A stretch of DNA of 60,114 bases, counting the filler, from Bonamia ostreae (lineage: Eukaryota): assembly GCA_040357525.1 (NCBI GenBank). It is 10 parts of 10 records of this genome, joined end to end, with 100 filler letters (N's around TTAATTAATTAA, not from the genome) between each part and the next. Parts side by side here need not be neighbours in the genome. Positions count along the whole stretch, not along the records: positions 48,274 to 54,164 come from JBDODL010000159.1; positions 54,265 to 60,114 come from JBDODL010000160.1; 8 more parts are not named here. One strand, written 5' to 3'. A model generated the notes under the pieces. It was not told the origin of the DNA. It did not search any database and saw only the letters and a list, made by a program, of their open reading frames with translations. Made by a program: the position numbers and the translations under genes. Shown here piece after piece: positions 51,088 to 60,114 of the stretch (the stretch's first letter is position 1; each line of letters begins with the position of its first letter).

Positions 51088-53300
51088 ATGCCCTTTAAAC
51101 AACTGAAAAAATTATTTTCTGTTAGAAATTCAAATGCTTCCGAACTATCGAAAAAATCTTACTCTGAAAACAGCAAATATAAACTCGATGTTAACAGTAA
51201 AAACGAAAATTTTTATAATGTCTACGGCTTTGGCTCCAATGATTGGGGTTTGATCTCACATAATATATTTTTCATCGATGCAATTTTTAAGTTTCGTGGA
51301 TGTGTATAAAAATCCAAAGATTATTTAATTTTTTAGTACAATTCTTGAAATTCTAGCATTGCAAGTACAAAAACTATTTAAAGGACAGTTGGGATTAAAT
51401 GATGGAGAATCTCCAGTTACATATCCCACTTTAATAAACGCTTTAATATCGCTAAAAGTGAAATTAGTGAGTTGTGGTTGGAGCCACACCGTCTTCATTG
51501 TCAACAACGTTGAAGTGTACCAAGTCGGAAACAGAGTTTCAACCGGCTTGGAAAAAGATTTAGTCAGCCCTGAAAAACTCAATTACAATTTTCAATTTCC
51601 TGTCATTCAGATTTGTTGTGGAGAAAATCACACTGTTGCTTTGGATGGTTTTTAATGATAAGTTTAGAGAAGGGGGGTGTTTATTGCTGGGGTTCCAATT
51701 TCTATGGACAGCTTGGACTTGGACATTTCAAGTTTGATTTTTGGATTGCTAAATTTTGAATTTCTAAATTTTAAGTAGCTAAATTTTAGACCATTTTATT
51801 AACGTTTTTAGACCGTTTTTATAATTTTTCCATTTTTTTCAATTTCAAGCGATCAAATATTTCCTGCAAAATTGGATACGTTAAAAGACGAAAAGATTGT
51901 TTCAATTTCTACGAACAAAAATTTTACTTTGGCTCTTTCCGGTTTCCCATTTGTCGCTTAAACACACATTGAAACCGCTTAAATTTTTTTGCAACTTAAT
52001 CGACAATTGTAAACATTGAAGAAAACGGGAAGATTTTTAGCTGGGGAGAAAATTTTTCCGGAGCGCTTGGACATGGCAACAAAGAAGACATTGTTTCCAT
52101 AAATACAAATCAACAGAACACGCCAACATTAATCGAAGCTTTAAAGGATATTAAAATATCTCTGGTTTCTGCGGGCGGATATCATTCGATAGCGGTCGTG
52201 AACGAAAAAATCACGGGAAAGTCGACTTTTTATGGCTGGGGATGGAACGAATGTGGGCAATTGGGAATTGACGATGTAGAAGACAAACTCGAACCGACCA
52301 AATCTGGTTTCGAACTGAGCGGGGAAATTAAAATGGTGAGCTGTGGGTCGTCCCACACTGCCATTATCTTTGGTTAATTGTCAATGACTTTTGTATTGTT
52401 GCCATTAAATTATCGTTGCACATTTAAATTTTTCGTTGTGGATTTTAAAATTTTTGTTTCACGAAATGTACACAAAGAATCAATATCGCCTAAAGAATGT
52501 TGTTTGTATGCGTGGGGATCAAATAAATCAGGGCAATTGGGGATTCCGATAACAAACGAAACATCATTTTTAAAACTGCCCACTTCAGTCAAATTATCCG
52601 GCAGTCCGGAATTTGTGGAGTGTGGCTCAAACCACACTTTTCTCAAATTTAGTGACAATGCGATTTTTTCTACGGGCAACAACTTAAGAAATCAAACTGG
52701 TATTGTTTCTAAAGCGGCTTACGAAAACTGTTTTTTATTTTAAGAATTTTTGTGATTGCGTTGAAAATAAAGATAAAAACGAAAAAAAACTCGGCCAAAA
52801 AAATATCAACAGCAAAGAAAATTCTCGAAGTAGACGAACTTTTTTGAAGCACAAAAAAATACCGATCCAGAGCAAAATCGATTCAGAAATAGAAGCGCCG
52901 ATTTTTTACAACGAAAAATTTGAAAAAGTTTTGTTGCTGGAGAAAAAGAGCGTTTCGAGAATTGTCTGTGGAGGAGATTGCACCTTGATTTTGACTATCA
53001 AAGAATGGATCGAAGATGCTGTTTTCATAAATATCTTTAGGAAACTAGCGAGTGCATGGGCAAATATGCACCAAATTGTAAAGAAAAATTCAGCTTTGTC
53101 GTCAGAAAAGTTTTCCCAAAATTTAATTTTTAAAAACTTTTTACAAAAATTAATGCTTTTTTTGAAATCTTAAACTTTAAAAGCACCACTGTCGTTATTG
53201 CGGAGGCATTTTTTGTTATGTCTGCGCCAATCGCTTTGTTTATACGAATTCAAAAAATTCGGTTCGCTACTGTGATAGATGCTATGAACAAATTAAATAA
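51088..53300 (+). CDS. RCC1-repeat protein with C-terminal FYVE finger
   Basis: Repeated WG.N..GQLG and CG..HT motifs; terminal WIED..RKHHCRYCGGIFC..C..RYCDRC. Confidence 0.9.
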
Positions 53301-53384
53301 AAATTTTTATGTTTCAACAATGATTTTATATTCAAACATATAAAAACTTGAAAGAATTAGAAATTAATATCTTCATATTTTGTA

Positions 53385-53900
53385 AGAGTAGCCTTTATCG
53401 AATTTTCAAAAGAATTTTTGGAATCTGTAACTAAAATATAAGATCGTTGATATTCTAAAATTTTTGTAAAAGATGAAAATACCACAGAGTGTTCAACAAA
53501 GACCTTTCGCGAGGATAGCATTTTATGTAAATAATTTTTAAATTTGTCTATGGACTACATTTCCGAGGTTCACTTCTGCATTTCTGTTGTCATCGAAGAT
53601 TTTTACGACTGCCGCCTATCGTTTAAAACACTTACCAAGATTTTGAATTGGTAGCATGACCGGCGCAATTTAATTATTTCATTTACAAGATGATATTTGC
53701 AGATTCAAAAGTTAATTTATAGAAGAACAAGATTGATGTTTAACGAGATCAGAGTTAAAAAAATCTTTTATGTGTTTTGAATTAGTTCATTAAAATGTTG
53801 AAAAACAAGTTATAAATAGTAAAAATGCAAATAAGGTTAATCATCATTTAATAGTAAAGATAATATTCACTGAATCCAAACAAGAGCATTTCAGTCGGTT
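53385..53900 (+). mobile_element. Highly decayed non-LTR retrotransposon reverse-transcriptase fragment
   Basis: Broken peptides in RT order: VAFIEFSKEF (cf. FIDFSKAF), RGSLL (cf. QGS), LQDDIC (cf. YADD), LNPNKS. Confidence 0.5.
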
Positions 53901-54264
53901 CAAATAATTTAAATTTGAAAATCTCAAATAGGGTCTACAAAACAATTAAAAAAACATAGTTTATAAAAAGATTTTAGAATAATTTTCACCTAGAAAAGCA
54001 TTGTTGCCGCTAAAAGTACTACTTCTTAAAGAGTCGATATCTTCTCTTTTCTTAACAAGGGTAAAATTATTGAGACAGGAATGTCCTTCATTCGCAAGGA
54101 TTAAGTTGTCTGTACACAAATCTCTCTAAATGAATTGTTTCGAATGCATTTTATTCAAAACTGTNNNNNNNNNNNNNNNNNNNNNNNNNNNNNNNNNNNN
54201 NNNNNNNNTTAATTAATTAANNNNNNNNNNNNNNNNNNNNNNNNNNNNNNNNNNNNNNNNNNNN

Positions 54265-54718
54265 TCCTTTGGGTCAACAGAAACGACGTATCCTTTTCTT
54301 GGTCCCAAAGGCTTTCTCTTTGTTTCGATTTTGTCCGTTTGGCCTTTCTGGCTTTCGCTTCTAAATTTTTGTTAGAATCAAACTTTGTTCTTTTTCTTTT
54401 CAAAAAGTCTTCACGGCATCTTGAAGGGCGTACGTGTTCAATCCGGACATGAATTTTTTTAAGAATTTCTCTGTTTCCGATGACTTTTTTGATAAGAACG
54501 CCGATGGCTCTCTTCGAAACGTTCCAGACTTTTCCCGTTTTGCCGTGGTAAAATTTGTATGGCATTCCTTTTTGCTGAGATGAATCGCAGACCACATCTA
54601 CGTAGTCGCCTAAACGATATACTTGTTGGTAGACCGTGACCGACCGTTTTCCTTTTTGTTTGTGGTCTTTTTTGAAGAGTTTTCTTGTTCTTGCTCTGTA
54701 ACCGAAGGAGTGCGGCAT
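54265..54718 (-). CDS. RPL21: 60S ribosomal protein eL21, truncated by contig end
   Basis: [26 protein letters not shown] and VRIEHV; 23-nt intron at 54361-54383. Confidence 0.97.
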
Positions 54719-54812
54719 TGGCTATTTATTAAATTTACTTAAAATCGGATTTAGGTTTCAGGTTTAAGCTTATATTTAATATGTTTAATAGGCTTTTTGT
54801 TTGGTTATCCAG

Positions 54813-54960
54813 TGGAAATAGGTTAACGAGGAGTTGACAACGCAGTGGTTTTATCTAGGTTATCTATGTAGATCAGGAATTGTGAGATATTTTATTCGAT
54901 GCCCCTTTACACAATTCTTATAGTTCGCGCCCGAATTGAATGTAAAAGAGTTTATTTCCA
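54813..54960 (+). ncRNA. Candidate structured RNA of unknown class
   Basis: Terminal stem tggaaataggtt/agtttatttcca encloses several hairpins; the imperfect pairs are G-U only on the + strand. Confidence 0.35.
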
Positions 54961-55057
54961 AAAATCAAAATGTTGGTAAAACCAACAGAAAATATTTGAA
55001 AATTAAGCCATTCCAAAAATTCTCAAAATAAAAAATCGCAGTCAATTTAATTTGCCA

Positions 55058-56036
55058 TCACGTATGCATAACCAATTTATGAATACGAAGCCCTTTCTCT
55101 GTATTAAGATAACGCTTGTAATTTTCCTCTTTACAAACGTCGCATTCATACTTTCCTTTGAAAAACAATGATTTTTGATTCAGTTCAGCGTCAAAATTCT
55201 TTTTATCTTCTGATGTTTTTTCGTTGTTTATTGATTCCTTTTCAACCGAATCATCTTTTGAAACTTCTTTTTGCGTTTCTGGCAAGTTTTCTTTAGTTTC
55301 CGATGAAGTGACTATATTCTCTGTAATTTTGTCGACAGAACTCATTTTGCTGTTGGGGATTGGCTTATTTATTGTTCTTGAATTTTCTTGTGCAAAAACT
55401 TCTGGTTTCAGAATTTCGGGTTTGTCTTTTGTAGTTTCTGTTTTATCTGGAGAATGTTCTTGTTTTATAGTAGTTGGTGGTGGAATCGAAGGTTTTTTGA
55501 TAGTTTTTTGGGTTTGAATTTCTTGCAAATCTTGGGACTCTTTCTGAGCTTTCATTGTTGGTGGAGGATTTGACGGCTTTTTCGGCAAATCCTTTTTTGT
55601 TGTTTGTGGAGGATTTGACGGCTGTTTTGTTGTTGGTGGTGGATTTGAGGNNNNNNNNNNNNNNNNNNNNNNNNNNNNNNNNNNNNNNNNNNNNNNNNNN
55701 NNNNNNNNNNNNNNNNNNNNNNNNNNNNNNNNNNNNNNNNNNNNNNNNNNGCTTTTTCGGCAAATCCTTTTTTGTTGTTTGCGGTGGATTTGAGGGCTTT
55801 TTCGGCAAATCCTTTTTTGTTGTTTGCGGTGGATTTGAGGGCTTTTTCGGTGTTGGCGGTGGAATTGACGGCTTTTTCGGCAAATCCTTTTTTGGTGTTT
55901 GCGGTGGATTTGAAAGCTTTTTCGGTGTTGGCGGTGGATTTGAAAGCTTTTTCGGCAAATCTTTAGATTTTCCTTTAGCTTTCGACGCAGACTCAATTTC
56001 TTTTTTAAGGTCTTCATTCATTTTTTTAGTTTTCAT
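55058..56036 (-). CDS. Pro/Lys-rich repeat protein with C-terminal C2H2-like finger; interrupted by an N gap
   Basis: KKPSNPPQTTKKDLP repeats flank the gap; ends CDVC..GLRIHKLVMH. Confidence 0.65.
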
Positions 56037-56255
56037 AGGATATAATTGCTGTTTATTGTTTTATATTGTTGTTTGTTATGTAAACTAATCGAATTTTTTG
56101 TTAAATAACGATTCAATAAAGTATCTCCATTTTATATTTCATATATTAATAGTCCAAACTAAACATAGAAGCTCAGCATATTTATTAAAATGCAATCGTT
56201 ACATTGAAAACACCTAAACCTTATTAGCAATTATAAGCTTAAAAACTTTTTATAT

Positions 56256-57710
<1,455 letters not shown>

Positions 57711-57959
57711 AGAGTATTGTAAAATGCCTTAAAGTGCACATTCTTCAAAAAATTGAGTATTGTAAATTTTACTTGGTGCAAAATCATAAATTCTAATATT
57801 GAAAAATTTGGGGATACAAAGTAATTACTTCAATTCCTTCGANNNNNNNNNNNNNNNNNNNNNNNNNNNNNNNNNNNNNNNNNNNNNNNNNNNNNNNNNN
57901 NNNNNNNNNNNNNNNNNNNNNNNNNNNNNNNNNNNNNNNNNNAAATTCTAATATTGAAA

Positions 57960-58190
57960 AATTTGGGGATACAAAGTAATTACTTCAATTCCTTCGAATA
58001 GAAGAGGTCTGGAGCAGCAATAAGTTATAGAGAAAATATCCAAATGAATAGAATAAAAATATCCTCTAATCCAAAAAATTAAAATTTTTATTGAAAAGCC
58101 TACGGCACCGTATTTTGTGCGGTGACTTTAACGTCCATGATAAAAGTTGAAGTAAAGGTTCACCAAACAGAAGAGAAACATATTGAATAA
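57960..58190 (+). mobile_element. Decayed AP-endonuclease fragment of a non-LTR retrotransposon
   Basis: GYKVITS..NRRG/SGAAISYRENI, then ILCGDFNVHDKS*SKGSPNRR (GDFNxH motif), with frameshifts and stops. Confidence 0.65.
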
Positions 58191-58665
58191 AATAATTAGG
58201 ATGGTCAAATTTAACTAAGAGCATCCAGGCTACTTATAATAAAATTTACATGTACATATACTTGTATGTCTGAAAATAATAGTCAGATGTCTGAAAATGT
58301 CAGTTCAATATCCAGTTAAACACAAATATTATGTATGATGAACTGTACACCACTCTAGAAGCAGCCAGATCTACATAATTTTTATTGAGATATAAGGGTA
58401 ATTAGTGGTGGAATAAAGACTGTGAAGAAGTAGTCAAAAACAAGGAAAAGATCGCAAAAATACGTTTATTTCAACGTGCAATGAGTATAAAAGACAATAT
58501 AAAAACATTGATGAGTACTTCAATGATAATTTATACGCAATAACTAAAGAAATTATGATTATAACAAGCAAAAAATCTTCAATATAATATTTATAGACCA
58601 AATAAGTAATTTAAATGTCACAAATATCATTTTTTAAATAGAATATATAAATATATAAAGAAACA

Positions 58666-59475
58666 ATGTTCTTTCTATTTGTTTCAATTTTAATCTATAT
58701 CCAATGCCAAAGCGAACAACTCAAATTACAATCAACTCAAAAAAATTGCTCGCAAATAAATTTAAACGGTGAGATCATGTACCCTACTAACTTTGATTGC
58801 AAAGCTTATGTCTTCAATGAAAGATCAAATAAAAATTGTATTAACGATAAAAACTCAAAAGTTTTCAAAAACGTCCAAAGTGTTTTTGATTGTGCCAAAT
58901 TTTGCCAAAACACAGGGAAATGCACTCAATTTGCGTATACCGAAAGAGAAAAAAAGTGTACAAAGTGCAAAAATGCCAATTCTAATATATACGAAAAAAG
59001 AGAAGGCACAAATGTTTATGATTTTGATTCCGATTTTTCTTTATATTGTCCAAACACATTTATTCTGGGGTTTGAGTTCTTGGATGAATATCCACGGGAT
59101 CAAGGGATAAAAAAGAAAAACAGTGCGAGTTTGAAAGTTTTGAATGGTCATGTATATATGGAATGTGATCGATATGGCAAATATGTATATGTTAATTTGA
59201 GTTTTTTGTTGTTATTTTATATGGTACAATTTTTGATTTTTCTAATTTGCTCAAATTTACAAATAAATTATGTTTTTAAAGAATGTGACCTTGGATTTAA
59301 ACCTTCTGAAAATGGAAAAACGTGCCAAATAGTTGAAAATGCCGGTTACAATAAAATTAACATATGGTTGTTGGTAATATTCATTTTGTTATTACTTTTA
59401 CGATTGATTTTTTGTTGCTTTCTTGGAGGTTTATGGGAAGCAAATTTTTATCCTATGAATAGTTTTTATTTATAA
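58666..59475 (+). CDS. Cell-surface protein: signal peptide, PAN/apple domain, EGF-like segment, TM helix
   Basis: SVFDCAKFCQNTGKCTQFAY..KKC (PAN pattern), CDLGFKPSENGKTC and TM IWLLVIFILLLLL; probable in-frame intron at 59201-59281. Confidence 0.7.
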   Translation: MFFLFVSILIYIQCQSEQLKLQSTQKNCSQINLNGEIMYPTNFDCKAYVFNERSNKNCINDKNSKVFKNVQSVFDCAKFCQNTGKCTQFAYTEREKKCTKCKNANSNIYEKREGTNVYDFDSDFSLYCPNTFILGFEFLDEYPRDQGIKKKNSASLKVLNGHVYMECDRYGKYVYVNLSFLLLFYMVQFLIFLICSNLQINYVFKECDLGFKPSENGKTCQIVENAGYNKINIWLLVIFILLLLLRLIFCCFLGGLWEANFYPMNSFYL

Positions 59476-59603
59476 TCTTTGTCATTATTTTAAATTTTTT
59501 ATTGGCGAAAGAATATTTTAATATTTGATATTACAAATATGTATATAAAGCGGTCGAACAGAATATAAATAATAATTATGTTAAAAAATATTATTTCAAC
59601 GAT

Positions 59604-60114
59604 ATGAGTTATAAAATGCTGGAGAAATCAACTTTTCTAGAATCAAAAAGTTTGTACAACAATACCGAAAATACATTGCACAAGAGATTATTTTCAGTTA
59701 AGAGAAGCAAATTATCTGTGATAAGTTTGATTAATATCTACATCAATCTTCATTTAAAAAATTTCAAATTTATCAAATTTGAACAAAAACATTTAATTTT
59801 TAATCCAGATCTTACTGAAAATTTACTAATTTCTAAAATCACAATATGCTTTTATAAAGAAAATGAACCAGAAACCTTCGAGGTACAAAATGAACCAAAT
59901 GAACTTTATATAGATCCACAAATGGAAAAATTTGGTTTTAGCAATATTCAAATTGTGCGAGTATTAGACTTAAACGAACAGGGAATTACTAAAAACGAAA
60001 ATATTTTCTATTTTTCGCTAAAACCTATCTCACATGAAAATTTGTATTTAAAAAACATTGATGCTTCTCCAGAGAAAAAGAAAATTATTTTAAACAAGAT
60101 TAAGGTTGAAACTG
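59604..60114 (+). CDS. Hypothetical protein, open to the window end
   Basis: ATG at 59604 followed by about 170 stop-free codons in AT-rich sequence. Confidence 0.5.
   Translation, partial: MSYKMLEKSTFLESKSLYNNTENTLHKRLFSVKRSKLSVISLINIYINLHLKNFKFIKFEQKHLIFNPDLTENLLISKITICFYKENEPETFEVQNEPNELYIDPQMEKFGFSNIQIVRVLDLNEQGITKNENIFYFSLKPISHENLYLKNIDASPEKKKIILNKIKVET

Noticed and set aside
57789-57997. Direct repeat flanking the N gap after actin
   Set aside because: Near-identical sequence on both sides of a scaffold gap is most simply an unmerged overlap.

Overview
AT-rich, gene-dense eukaryotic (protist) nuclear DNA. The window is not one locus: it is ten unrelated ~5.9-kb contigs joined by an artificial N-TTAATTAATTAA-N six-frame-stop linker, plus four internal N gaps. 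The ORF track looks shattered because genes are interrupted by very short spliceosomal introns (mostly 19-26 nt, plus a longer class of ~40-600 nt). Manual splicing restores about 35 genes, including SDHA, actin, PRP38, PSMA2, RPL21, Sec61-gamma, RPA12, METTL5, DDX10, TRAPPC8/11, NCAPD2, NAD kinase, ceramide synthase, APH-1, insulinase and uS15m. The strongest signal is the splice code. Every intron I resolved is GT-AG, but donors are mostly GTT(T) instead of GTRAG, there is no polypyrimidine tract, and AAG/GAG acceptors occur. PRP38 carries a C-terminal Hub1-binding HIND motif. Other notable items are an intronless bacterial-type dUTPase beside tRNA-Val, a GBP/atlastin-type GTPase with a signal peptide, a candidate structured ncRNA upstream of RPL21, a tRNA-derived element in a PSMA2 intron, and decayed Merlin and non-LTR transposons. 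The lineage cannot be established from this window; a compact parasitic protist with a translating mitochondrion (for example an ascetosporean) is only a guess. All family calls come from recalled motifs, not database searches, and exon boundaries were inferred by eye.
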